A stretch of DNA of 64,000 bases from Mobula hypostoma (Eukaryota), in the NCBI RefSeq assembly GCF_963921235.1, contig NC_086097.1:13206001-13270000 (forward strand), read 5' to 3'. The stretch's first letter is position 1, and each line of letters starts with the position of its first letter. A program made the position numbers and the translations under genes. Below, in pieces: positions 11,361 through 24,711 of the stretch. The notes under the pieces were generated by a model. It had not been told where the DNA came from, ran no database searches, and was given only the letters and a program-made list of their open reading frames with translations.

Positions 11361-14300
11361 AAATTGCAAATTTCAAACACCACTAGCATAAAGAGCCTAC
11401 ATGGAGTCATAGAAAAGTACAACAAAGAAACAGGTCCTTCGGCCCATCTACTCCATTCCAAACTGTTTAACCATAACCCTCCATACCCCTACCATCCACA
11501 TACCTATTCAAACTTCTCTCAAACTTTGAAATCAAGCTCGCATGCACCACTTGTGCTGGCAGCTTGGTCCACACTCTCATGATTCTGAATGAAGAAATTT
11601 CCCTTTGTGTTCCTTTTTTTTTAAGATGAAAAGTTTAAGGGAACATTAAAGGGAACATCTTTTCTTTTGGTGTGGATGCTCTGTGATTAAACATCCTTAT
11701 GGACTAAGTTGTCAACTGAATATTCATTTTTGAATGGGGTGGAGAAGTGTGTAGGTTATTGGCACTGACTAAGCAGACTAAGTACCAACACATCTCCATT
11801 CTGCAATCCAGTAAATTATAAATCAAAGAAAATCGACAGCACAGAAGAATACCATTATGGTCGTTGTGTTTATACCAGTCAAAAAGAGCGCCAAGCCTCA
11901 TTTGATTTTCCAGTACTTGGTCCATAATCCTACATATCAAGTCTACTCCAATATCATAGGAAAGCAGGATTCATCATCAGAAATCCTTACCACCCAGGTC
12001 ATGCTGTCCTCTCACTGCTGCCGTCAGGTAGTAGGTACAAGAGCCTCAGGACTCGCTCCATTAGGTTGAATAACAGATACTACCTCACAACATCAGGACC
12101 TTGAACAAGAGGATAACTACACTCACTTGCCCATGCATTGAGATATTTCCACAATTAATAGTCTCACTTTAAGGAACCTTTATCTTGTTATCTCATGTTC
12201 TTGTTATTTATTGCTATTTATTTATGTTTACATTTGCACAGTTTGTTGTCTTCTGCACTCTAGTTGATCTTACATTGATCCTGTTATAGTTACTAGTCTA
12301 TAGATTTGCTGAGCATGCCCACAAGAAAATAATTCTCAGGGTTGTATATGGTGACGTATATGTACTTTGATAATAAAATTTAATTTGAACTTTGAAGTTT
12401 GAACTGTGGAGGTTATGGATAATGGTGCAAAAAACAAAAACAAAAAGTTGGGGGAGAGGATGCAATAGGAAGGTTGGGGAGAGTGCGTGGGTGATGGGAA
12501 GATGGAGTGTGTGGAAGAAGTTCCATGCCTTTTGATGGATAAAGTCCAGATTGCACTTTGGGAACTGCAGCTTTGCCACAACAACCCTGGTGATGACTTT
12601 CCTGTGCAGATAGCAGGATAACCGCTCTGTTACTTCTAGGTTGTATGTTTCGACTGACGTGGTCTGAAAATCAAACCTGCGTTTGTACATTCTCCCTGTG
12701 ACTGCCTGGGATTCCTCTGGGTGTTAAGGTTTCCAAACATGCACTGGTTAGTAGGTTAATTAGTCACTTTAAATTGTCCTGTGATTAGGTGAGGAGTTAA
12801 AATTTGGGGGGTCCGGGCGGTGTGGCTCGAAGGGCTGGAAGGGCCTATACCACACTGTATCTCAATAAATAAACAATAACTTACTAACTAAAGAAACATA
12901 TATATCGATATGTAACATTATATAAATAAATTAATACTGTATATATGTGTGTGTGTGTGTGCGCGCGCACGCACTTCAGGTCGAAATTTAAATTATTCTG
13001 CACAGGAAATGATGGAAAATGGCTTAATAACAGGAAGTGATGTTTGTATAAAACACACCACACTCAAAACAAGCTGTGCCTCTAGAGTCCAGAACGCTCC
13101 ATAGCTGGCATCCACAGCGATCAAACTCAACGACTGAAATTGAAAGTCAAATGATCATTTCATTAAGTCTTTAGCAAAGGAAGGACAGTGTCAGAAACTG
13201 GCCTTGAGGACAGTCTTACTACACAGTCGCTAACTGTTGTCACTTCAAAAATGTCGGCCTTGATGACATACTTGCTTGTGGTAATGTCTGATGAGCAGGG
13301 TGTTGACTTGGTGCTGACCCAGAATGATGATTGGGTGAGTTAGCTCTGAAGTGAATTGTGCTCTCTTAATACATTGTCCATCTCATATAGCCCCTCAGAG
13401 TCAGGAAAGGGACAAAAGAATAGACAGTTTTTTTTCAAAGGGAGCCATTGAAGCTACAATAGCACTTAACAGTGATTCCTTCGAGCTCATCTGTGGAAAC
13501 AGTTTAATTTCTACCTTTGACGTGTCTCTTTTCCCTTTTCAGATTGAACAGGGATCCTGACCTAGAGTTACACTCAGAGCTCGGTTCTTTGTAGTGGTGG
13601 AACCAGCACCCGTGAGCTCACTTTTTGAACTCCCAAGGATGCGGCCTAGAAGATGAGCACGCCTTTGAGGTTCTGAAGCTACACAGCCCTGTGGACAAGC
13701 CAACTCTATGCCGGAGAAAACGGAACATCTGGAACAGCGGATCGACCGTCAGGGACTCTGTACTCGGCAAATCATGCGCGCGCTCTCTCTCTCCCTCTCG
13801 CGTTGGTGGGGAAGATTTTGGCCAATTCTCAAGTTGGAGAACTCAGAAAAAAAGTGACGTGGCAGTTGTTTTGCCTATGTTGCCCCTCTTGCTGAGTGAC
13901 ACCTCTCTATCCCTTTATCAGGAAGAGGTGGGTGAATGATTAGTTTTTGTTGCACTGCAGATCATGGTCTTTACTGAGGGCTTTGCTGTTGCTCTCTTGG
14001 TGTGTGGAGGGTGCTGATGGGTTTTGCTGAAGTTAATGAGAGGGGGTGTGTTGTCGCTTTGCTGCTGCTTGTGCATGGGAGGAGAGGATTAGGGGAGCTT
14101 CAGGGTTCTAACATTTTTACTGTCACTTTGTGGCACTCTTCAGTTTTCATGGATATCTGTGAAGAAGGAGAATTTCAAGATGCACATTGTATACATTTCT
14201 CTGATAGTAAATGGAACTAATCTTCACCAGGATAACTTCAGACTGGGAGAAGTTCCTGATTTGTGATGCTTTGCACTTCCTCTACATACACTTCAATAAC

Positions 14301-15903
14301 AAAGAGGATTCGAACCTTTGCCCAGTTTTGCACTGAAAGGCTGTCCTTAGCAACCCTGTACAATTTTCTCTTTCACATAGATACTGCTCTCACAGGGTCA
14401 TAAGTTACTTGAGTGCCTTTTCCCCAGGATGTTAGTCTTAAATGTGTTGACAGTGAGCTGATGATAACCATCAAGGCAGACATTCACCAGCTATGACCCA
14501 ATCTGGATCTTGTCGTTGAGTATAAGGCACATATACCAACCATTACGCTGTTCATGTACTTCATGTGCATGGATGGTAACTTTGCCAGGCAACAAGAAAA
14601 TCACAGAAGAGTCGTGTGGGGATCTTGCTAGCTACATGCTTATGGTGTTCAGGAGCTGGGATTTCATCCCTGTTGTTGGGAGTATGGTCACACCCAGTGA
14701 GAGTTGGCAAGGGTCAGCAGGCCTCAGCTCCTATTGGCTCCGTGACAAATCCATTGGCTTTGCTTCCAGCAACTTCTGATGTTCCAGAGTATGTCTTTAG
14801 AATGTGTGTGAAAGTAACTGCATCTGATGGATGCTCAGCTGGCTAACCACCATGCTCTACTGCAGGTGTGCTGGAACCAGTACTGACCATATTGATTACA
14901 AAGTCCCGACCTCAAATTTAGTGTTGTATCTGGGTATAATTCTTCTGAAGTGTCCATAGGTTGTTGGCTCAGTTTCCTGTAGCCCACTGGCACTTGCTGC
15001 ATTGTGTGTCCATCTGTGATCTGCACCACTCTCCGGATGACCGTCTTGTCCACATTCTGACTGATGCTGGGTATCTGTGCCTCAGTTCACATTACAAACT
15101 TCTATCAGCCTCCCTGTTTAGCCTCAGGGCTTCTTTGACGAGTCTCAACATCTCAGTCAACCTGTTGTCCGACAACGATTTATCACTACAGAGTGGATGG
15201 AGATGGATGTCTTTCTACCGTGTGTGCTTCAAGTCAAATCCAAATTATCCCGCATTGGAAGAGATGTTAAAAACAGCTTATGAGCAGGAAATGATGTAAG
15301 AAACAGCTTACAGACAGGAAATGATGTTCGTACAGAGCAAACGGCATGCGAGATGACAGTGACCTTAAAGGCCAGAACAGTTACTCGCTGACCCAGTGAG
15401 TATTTGCAGTATGTCCTGTTATCTTTCAGATTTCTAGGATCTGCAGTTCTCCTTTTTTTGATTTTCACACTTTTCTTTACCTGCTGCAGTGAGCCCTGGG
15501 TGTTCAAATGGAGCTGAAACACACACACTCTCCTGACTCCAACGTTAGTCGACACCAGTTCCTGCCTCTGGACTGAGGTGCTCCTGACGTTTAACTCAGT
15601 CCCAGCCACACATTCAGCCCATACACTAAGTTGTGCATGGCTGGTATAGTGTGGGTACAGATCTGCTGATATGAGGTTCCCAGATTCTGAGGGTTTCCTG
15701 TTCAAAGGATTGAACTAGATGCTGAATCATTGGGATTTACAGACAAATAGATACTGGATTATTGGAGTTTTAAATCAAATGATTTAATGAATTAGTCAAA
15801 AAAAAGGGTCAATGTTGAACACGAGATTCTTCAGACACTGCAAATCCAGAGCAACACATGCTGGAGGAACTCAGCAGGCCAAGCAGCATTTAGATTAGAT
15901 TAT

Positions 15904-16757
15904 TAGATTAGATCACACAGAACATAGAACATAGAATAGTACAGCACAGTACAGGCCCCTCAGCCCACAATCTTGTGCCGACCCTCAAACCCTGCCTCCC
16001 ATATAAGCCCTCACCTTAAATTCCTCCATATACCTGTCTAGTAGTCTCTTAAACTTCACTAGTGTATCTGCCTCCACCACTGACTCAGGCAGTGCATTCC
16101 ACGCACCAATCACTCTCTGAGTAAAAGATCTTCCTCTAATATCCCCCTTGAACTTTCCACCCCTTACCTTAAAGCCATGTCCTCTTGTATTGAGCAGTGG
16201 TGCCCTGGGGAAGAGGCGCTGGCTATCCACTCTATTTAGTCCTCTTATTATCTTGTACACCTCTATCATGTCTCTTCTCATCCTCCTTCTCTCCAAAGAG
16301 TAAAGCCCTAGCTCCCTTAATCTCTGATCGTAATGCATACTTTCTAAACCAGGCAGCATCCTGGTAAATCTCCTCTGTATCCTTTCCAATGCTTCCACAT
16401 CCTTCCTATAGTGAGGTGACCAGAACTGGACACAGTACTCCAAGTGTGGCCTAACCAGAATTTTATAGAGCTGCATCATTACATCGCGACTCTTAAACTC
16501 TATCCCTCGATTTATGAAAGCTAACACCCCATAAACTTTCTTAACATTATAACTTTATAACATATAGCTATCCACCTGTGAGGCAACTTTCAGGGATCTG
16601 TGGACATGTACCCCAAGATCCCTCTGCTCCTCCACACTACCAAGTATCCTGCCATTTACTTTGTACTCTGCCTTGGAGTTTGTCCTTCGAAAGTGTACCA
16701 CCTCACACTTCTCCGGGTTGAACTCCATCTGCCACTTCTCAGCCCACTTCTGCATCT
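15904..16757 (-). mobile_element. Young 5'-truncated CR1
   Basis: Clean 180-aa ORF 15985-16527 (LVRPHLEYCVQFWSPHYRKD..FTQRVIGAWNALP); (ttctatg)n tail; 13-bp direct repeat tagattagattat at 15891-15903 and 16762-16774. Confidence 0.92.
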
Positions 16758-17677
16758 AATCTAGATTAGATTATGAGGACACGCAGTCCTCTTTTATTGT
16801 CATTATTGTCATGCATTAAGAAATGATACAATGTTCCTCCAGTGTGATATCACAGAAACACAAAACAGACCAAGATTGAAAAACTGACAAAAACCACATA
16901 ATTATAACATGTAGCTACAACAGTGCAAGCAATACCGTAATTTGATAGAGAACAGACCATGGGCACGGTAAAAAAAAGTCTCAAATTCTCTCGAAAGTCC
17001 CATTATCTCACGCAGACGATAGAAGGAAGAAAACTTTCCCTGCCATGAGCTTCCAGCGCCGCAAACTTGGAAATGAAGTAACAGTCAACGTTTCAGGCTG
17101 AAACTCTTCATCAGGACACAATATTGATGTACATATGCACCTGATTTACCCGAGTCCTTCAATGGAGAAGAACTTTTTTATCTTTAATCATTACTTGGGT
17201 TGTTTTCTGGGAAGCAGAAGAAGCTGAGATGAGAGCTGATAGCAGTTTATAAAGTTAACTGAGGCACAGACATCCAGTATATTTTCCCCAAGATCAAAAT
17301 GTCTAATACAAGAGGCATGTGCCTAAGAGGAGAGGGGGTTAGTTCAAAAGAGATCTGTGTGGTGAGTTTCTTTACACAAAGAATGGTGGGTGCCTGGAAG
17401 GGACGACTAGGGAGGATCGCAGAAGCAGATACAATAGTGGCATTTAGCATGCAGTTAGACAGGCACGTGAATGTGCAGAGAATGGAGGGATCTGGCATTA
17501 TGTAGGCAGAAGAGATAAGTTTAGTTTGGTGCTTAATTTTTTAGTTTAATTACTTCATCAAAACGTCAAGGGCCTATTGTTGTGATGTGTTTTAACTACA
17601 GTACATTAGACTTATTCTGGTCACTGTGATTTCAAACCCACGGAAGTACTTTGACTCTTAACATATGATATCATAGT

Positions 17678-18150
17678 AGTGAGTGTCTTGCTTTACAGCG
17701 TCTGTGATCGCCGATCGAGGTTCAACTCCCACCTCTGCCTGTGAGGAAATGATACGTTCTCTTCTTATTTCTATTTTCTGCACTGCTTTTTTAACATAAC
17801 TATTTTATATATACTGTAATTCACAGTTTTTTTCTGTATACCATGTATTGCATTGTACTGTGGCCGCTAAGTTAACTAATTTCACGACATATGCCGGCGA
17901 TGTTAAATCTGATTCTGATTTTGATTCTATGATCACCTAGGTTTCCTTCGGTTGCTCCAGTTTCTTCCCATATTCCAAAGACATACAATTAGGATTAGCG
18001 AGTTATGGGTATATTATGTTGGCACCGGAAGTATAGTGACACTTGCAGGCTACCCAGCACAATCCCTCTGATTTGATTTGATACAAACAACACAGTTTTT
18101 TGCAAGTTTCAATGTTTTGATACACGTGACAAATCAAGCTAATCTTATCT
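17678..18150 (+). mobile_element. tRNA-derived HE1-like SINE interrupted by a LINE tail; other copies at about 12640-12875(+), 41812-42100(+), 48470-48668(-)
   Basis: B-box-like ggttcaactccc, then gtttccttcggttgctccagtttcttcccatattccaaagac core. Confidence 0.65.
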
Positions 18151-18714
18151 TATGTCACTTTCTGTAGTGGTCCAAATTTGGCAAGCACGATATGAAAAAA
18201 AGATGAAAATCTATTCTCAATCAGTTGGCTACATGCTCAAGAAAATGGAATTTGGGGGGAAAGGTGGCAAATCTTCTCAACTCTTGAGCACTGGAGGTGA
18301 GTCTGAACTCCCCTGGCATTTCTGCTCATTGGAGCACCCAACCATCCTCACATACACTAAGCAGGTCTTGGTCCAGGCCTTAATTAATCCCCGACAGCAT
18401 CAGCTACTATAGAATAACGCTACTGTGCTCACTCTGGAACATTTCAAGGCTAAGTATGTTGGCTTTTAATTAACTTTGAAACTACCCTCTGCTGGAGCAA
18501 CACTGAACACTTGAATTTTCTGTCAAATGAATCCAAAGGGAAGGTAGCTACCCCAAGTCCCATCACACTGAGTCTTTGGGATCACATGACCATTGTACTT
18601 CACAGTTACAGACTCTACGGTCATGTCACAGAAAGCTAATAAGCAACCAATGATGTTGTCCGCAACCCTGTCCCCCCATATTTTAGCACGAAAGCTGTGA
18701 TGTAATGTCTTTAG

Positions 18715-19315
18715 CACATATGAGGCCCTCCATTGGTCAGGGTCAACCATGGATACTGTGTCCTTGCTGTCTATGTGATACACAGCCAGGGCAGTATGCT
18801 ATAAAGAGCAAGCTATTGCCCGTACAGACGGCCGCACCTCTCAACATACAGTAGCTTATGAATTCAAAGAAACAACAGAAGCCAATACAGTGTGGTACCA
18901 GCAACATTGCAGAAGTTGCCATTCAGCATTGAACTCAATGTAGGGCTGAATTTGGGACTCCAGCTCCAGATTTTTCCTCAGGGTTTACTCCCAAAGTCTT
19001 CCCCTTGAGTGGGTATAGCTTCAAGGCAGCAGAGGTTTGAGATCAGAGATCTCCTTCTCCTAGAAGAGCTGTCAACCACGGCTGACAAGCCTCATCTGCC
19101 TGAAGCGACTGGTTTTAAGGCACCAGTAACCTCGGCCCCTTCCACCTATCAGTCGAAATGGTTCCGCAAGGCTTAGTTGCCAAGCCGCACGTGAAGGCCA
19201 GGAGCTGCACTTGGCTGTCAGAGGCCATTTGAGATGCACGTCATTAGGAGCATTTAATAGGTAGTGAGAGACTATCTCCACTATCATCCCCCAGCTATGA
19301 CAGTCTTAAGGAATC
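18715..19315 (-). mobile_element. RTE-related non-autonomous element (SINE-like)
   Basis: Resembles RTE 5' UTR-type sequence; ends within 130 bp of a second RTE-like short element at about 19445-19830(+). Confidence 0.45.
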
Positions 19316-21669
19316 TATCTTTAGCAAGGTGAAATCAGATAAGGGGACTTGCAGGGCAGAGACCAAACAAATGCAGCCTAAGTCACGGAAGGAGAAAACT
19401 AGGAGACGCAGTACAAAGATTGGCATACTTTTTATATCTGTTAACTTCTCCGAGAATTGTCACCTTGTCATAATGGAGAGGCTTGTGAGTTCCTGAGATC
19501 CCATGAGCGATGACGTTTGAACTTGGCTCCTGGTAGGTCACTCTTGGCAGTAAGGTCAAGGGAGGTTGCAGACAAATTGCAATAACAGTGGAGCTGGCGG
19601 ATGATAATGATACTTCACCATGGCAGTGAAAGCAAAACAAGGCTGCAGCACTGAGGGACTCCTTGTATGCCATGTCACTGGACCCTAACCCAGATCTGTC
19701 AAGGACCATTTGATGGCTGCCTGTGCATCAGCCTCCCCATGTTAACAAGGTCATGCACAGGTAGTCTCCATTAAAGGAATAATCCATTGGGAGAACATCA
19801 TACTCAACTTGAGTGAACGCACTACTGCTATGATATTTGTTAAGGGAAGAGGGGCAAGTTGTGCAGGGGTGTTTAGGCAAAAGGCTGATGATAAAGACAT
19901 GGCCATTTTCACTGTGAAGATGAATGTCAGAGTCACAGGAAACCAGAATTCAAGAGATCTGGAGGGATTTAATCCATTCATTTGAAAAAAGACTACTACC
20001 TCCACCTAAATACCAATATGACAGTGTCCGTCTGCCAATGCATAGCAACAGGGCCACCTGTCATGTTTGACACGAGCTTTCAGTCTGACTACGTTCACTG
20101 AATTCTACTTTTTTTTGATTACCTATCATAGGTTAATTAATAAATTATATTAAAGATGTCACCACTTCATCCCTTGCATGTGTCACAGGATCCTAGAACC
20201 ATATAACATTCTGTCGTGAGATCCTGGAGGAATTGGCCAACTTGGTTTAATTCGCAGCAAGCATTTCTTGGCACTTCTCTCAAAGCCTTATTAAAATTAA
20301 TAACTCCCTGTGCTGACAGGTCTCAGGTGTGGACTGCTGGGTCTCGTCCAATTCCTGGTATTTGTGCATCCAGACATCGGGCACACAGTGAGTTGTGAAC
20401 GACACTGTCTCGAGAAGAGTGTGAATGCAAATCCCACACTCACTCTCTCTCTCTGTGTGGCTATCTTTCACTCTCTCTTTCTCCCTCTTTCTGCCTGTCT
20501 TTCTATCTATCTGTCTGTCCATCTGTCTCTGTCTTTGTTTCTCTCTTTTCACCTTTTGTCTTTCATTTTCTCCCAACAAGGAATTTCTTTTAAAGTTAAT
20601 TTAACCCATAAATCACCAGATCTGCTCTTGTCAACCTAAGTGATAGGACTTTACCAGAGGGTTTGGGCACAGACCCGAGTTCTATTAGGATTGACTCTGT
20701 GCAACCTTGACAGTGGACTATGATACCCACTATAGCCTGTCTAAGACACATTTACTAAGAGAAACTATTTGAGAATAAAACTACCTACTTCCTGCAGGGT
20801 GCAACAAGACCTCGTATTAGTCAGAAGTGCAGTAATTATTTCCTAGAATCTCAGAGATAATTCTTGAGGTGCTGATTTAGATATTTATAGATTGTATTGC
20901 TTTTAGGTGCTTTTTAGGGACCTTGTTCTACTAATCCCTCCTGGGTAGGTGGTAACGCATTTCCTAATATTTAATCACTTCCACTTAACTGCGATTCTAA
21001 TATAATTAAATTCTTACATAAATCCAAATGTAAAAAAATTTTTCACATGTTCCAATTTGCTCCTGAATTAGTCAACTCTGACAAAACAGCTCCTCCACTA
21101 AACAAGTATTTTTTTTCCATGTCAACATGTTGGACCGCAACAGAATTCCATTGTGTTTACTCGCAGTGTGTGACAGGCTGCCAATCCATTAGCACAGTGA
21201 CTTACAGAAAAGGAGTGGTCCATCTCATCTATCCACATGGTTGTGACACTGTGGCATTGGACTCTGAAGTCTTGGTGGGAGCTATGGGAATTGTTAGAGA
21301 GAAGGAAGCTTCTTCACCTCCACCATCAGATTTCAGAATAGAGTTGAACTGAATTGAATTGACTTTATTACTTATTCTTCATTTTCATCAAGGGTAAAAA
21401 TCTTTACGTTACATTTCCGTCTAAATGTGCAATGAGAAATTTATAGTAATTTGTGATAAATAGTATGAACAACAATATAACATAGAAATACAGTTGTGAC
21501 AGCATGAATTAATCAGTCTGATGGCCTGGTGGAAGAAGCTGTCTTGAAGCCTGTTCGTCCTGGCTTTGATGCTGCAGTACTGCTTCCCGGATGGTAACAG
21601 CGAAAACCATTTGTGGTTGGGGTGACTTGGGTTCCCATTGATCCTTTAGGCCTTTTTTGTAAAAAAAAT

Positions 21670-23204
21670 ACTTGCGGAGGCATTAGCAGAGGCATTAGCG
21701 ATGATCTTTCAAAAGTTGATAGATTCTGGCATGGTTCCGGAGGACTGGAAGATTGCAATTGTCACTCCGCTATTTAAGAAGGGGGTAAGGAAGCAAAATG
21801 GAAATTATAGACCTTTTAGCTTAACATCTGTGGTTGGGAAGTTGTTGGCGTCGATTGTCAAGGATGAGGTTACAGAGTACCTGGAGGCATATGACAAGAT
21901 AGGCAGAACTCAGCATGGATTCCTTAAAGGAAAATCCTGCCTGACCAACCTATTACAATTTTTTGAGGAAATTACCGGTAGGCTAGACAAGGGAGATGAA
22001 GTGGATGTTCTATATTTGAACTTTCAGAAGGCCTTTGACAAGGTGCCACACATGAGGCTACTTAACCAAATAAGAGCCCATGGAATTACAGGAAAGTTAC
22101 ATACGTGGATAGAGCATTGGCTGATTGGCAGGAAACAGAGAGTGGGAATAAAGGGATCCTATTCTGGTTGGCTGCCGGTTACCAGTGGTGTTCCACAGGG
22201 GTCAGTGTTGGGGCCGCTTCTTTTTACATTGTACATCAACGATTTGGATTATGGAATAGATGGCTTTGTGGCTAAATTTGCTGATGATATGAAGATAGGT
22301 GGAGGGGCCGGTAGTGCTGGGGAAATGGAGAATCTGCAGAGAGACTTGGATAGATTGGAAGAATGGGCAAAGAAGTGGCAAATGAAGTACAATGTTGGAA
22401 AGTGTATGGTTATGCACTTTGGCAGAAGTAATAAACGGGCAGACTATTATTTAAATGGGGAAAGAATTCAAAGTTCTGAGATGCAACGGGACTTGGAAGT
22501 CCTCGTACAGGATACCCTTAAGGTTAACCTCCAGGTTGAGTCGGTGGTGAAGAAGGCAAATGCAATGTTGGCATTCATTTCTAGAGGAATAGAGTATAGG
22601 AGCAGGGATGTGATGTTGAGGCTCTATAAGGTGCTGGTGAGACCTCACTTGGAGTACTGTGGGCAGTTTTGGTCTCCTTATTTAAGAAAGGATGTGCTGA
22701 CGTTGGAGAGGGTACAGGGAAGATTCACTAGAATGATTCCGGGTATGAGAGGGTTAACATATGAGGAACGTTTGTCCGCTCTTGGACTGTATTCCTTGGA
22801 GTTTAGAAGAATGAGGGGAGACCTTATAGAAACATTTTGAATGTTAAAAGGCATGGACAGAGTGGATATGGTAAAGTTGTTTCCCATGATCTGGGAGTCT
22901 AGTACGAGAGGGCATGACTTAAGGATTGAAGGGCGCCCATTCAGAACAGAAATACGAAGAAATTTTTTTAGTCAGAGGGTGGTGAATCTATTGCCATGGG
23001 CGGCAGTGGAGGCCAAGTCATTGGGCGTATTTAAGGCAGAGATTGATAGGTACCTGAGTAGCCAGGGCATCAAAGGTTATGGTGAGAAGGCGGGAGAAGT
23101 GGGACTAAATGGGAGAATGGATCAGCTCATGATAAAATGGCGGAGCAGACTCGATGGGCCGAATGGCCGACTTCTGCTTCTTTGTCTTATGGACTTATGG
23201 TCTT
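21670..23204 (+). mobile_element. Young CR1 (RT domain to 3' end) nested in the Rex1 copy
   Basis: 379-aa ORF 21701-22840 with NYRPFSLTS, QHGFLKGKSCLTNL, FQKAFDKVPH, SGVPQGSVLGPLLF, KFADD; continues 22841-23209; tail cttatggacttatggtct. Confidence 0.95.
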
Positions 23205-23631
23205 TGTAAATGTCCTGAATAGTGGGAAGTTCACATCAATAGATGTGCTGGACTGTCTGCACCACTCTCTGCAGAGACCTGTGATTAAGGGAAGTACAGT
23301 TCCCATACCAGGCAATGATGCAGCCAGTCAGGATGCTCTGAAGTGTACCTGTAGAAAGTTCTTAGATCTGGGGGACTATACCAAACTTTTTCAACCATCT
23401 GAGGTGAAAGAGGCACTGTTGTGCCTTTTTCACATCACAGCCAGTACGTACAGACCACGTGAGATCCTCAGTGATGTTTCTGCCAAGGAACTTAAAGCTG
23501 TTCACCCTCTCAACCCCAGATCCATTGATGTCAATAGGAGTTAGCCTGACTCCATTCGTCCTGTAGTCCACAACCAGCTCCTTTGTTTTTGCGACATTGA
23601 GGGAGGGATTGCTTTCTTGACACCACTGTGT

Positions 23632-23738
23632 GGCTGTGTGGGCCTCTACAGCCACAACAGACACTGCTCTAACACAGACTGAAGCTAGACTTTCCAGGAG
23701 CAGATCCATGGTCTCGCGAGACTAACGGATGCCACCAC
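23632..23738 (+). mobile_element. Short retroposed insert ending in a SINE/RTE-type 3' end
   Basis: TSD caccactgtgt (23621-23631) / cacgactgtgt (23739-23749); 3' part gactttccaggagcagatccatggtctcgcgagactaa matches the SINE end near 39254-39290. Confidence 0.7.
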
Positions 23739-24711
23739 CACGACTGTGTAAGGGTGATAACTTCTTCTCTGTAAGTTGCCTCATTATTATTTGAGATTAG
23801 GCCAATCAGTGTGGTATCATCCGCAAATTTAATTAGTAGATTGGACATGTGGTTGGCGACACAATCATGGATATACGAAGAGTAAAAGAGGAGGCTTAGT
23901 ACATAGCCCTGAGGGGCACCTGTGTCGAGGGTCAGAGGGGCAGAGGTGAAGGAGTCCATTCTTACCACCTGCCGGCGATTTGACAGGAAGTCCAGGATCC
24001 AGCTACGCAAGGCAGGGTGAAGGCCGAGGTCTCTGAGCTTCTTGTTGTGCCTGGAGGCTATTATGGTGTTGAATGGTGAACTGTGGTCCAAGAACAGCAT
24101 TCTCGCATAAGCATCCCTCTTTTCCAGATGTGTAAGGACGATGTGTAGAGTTGTGGCTATTGCATCATCTGTCGATTGGTTATGTCGTTAGGAGAATTGT
24201 AGGGGGTCCAGTGTGGGTGGTAGCAGATGTAGTCCTTCACCAGCCTCTCAATACATTTGCTTATTATTGAGATGAGTGTGACAGGGCGCCAGTCATTCAG
24301 ACATGCTACTTTGGTATTATAAGGTACAGGAACAATGGTGGATGTTTTGAAGTGGGAGGACACTCTACACTGGGAGAGGGAGAGATTAAAAATGTCAGTA
24401 AACTCACCAGTCAGCAGTGCCACACACACTCTGAGTACCCGCCCTAGGATGCCATCTGGTCCTGCAGCCTTGTGACTGCCCACTCGTTGGAAAGACCAGC
24501 GTACTTCAGCCTCAGAGATGACCAAGCTGCAGGTCTCCTGAACACCACCTCATGACTGTTTATACGTAAATATCTCCCATGCAGTGGCTTGTCCTGCCAT
24601 GGCCCCTGCATCTTACTGCAATGTGAAGTTTTATACTAGTGTGCATGCGCCGGTCGTGCATGCAGCCTGGTACAACCGTTCCAATCTATTCTTAGTTTCT
24701 TCTTCTTACTT

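Larger units (their letters stand above)
21345..24540 (-). mobile_element. Rex1/Babar-clade LINE (RT region to 3' tail) with two nested insertions
   Basis: HKAAGPDGILGRVLR, FTDIFNLSLSQC, LNDWRPVTL, WILDFLSNRRQVVR, TGAPQG, LIKFADDTTLIGLI, VERVNSFKFLG; (tcaat)n tail at about 21345-21362. Confidence 0.9.

Noticed and set aside
20280..20639. Charged and hydrophobic ORFs on both strands
   Set aside because: Derived from a CT-rich microsatellite at about 20440-20575.
21701..22840. Intact reverse transcriptase gene or autonomous element
   Set aside because: 5'-truncated CR1 with no endonuclease or ORF1 and a stop at 22838-22840.
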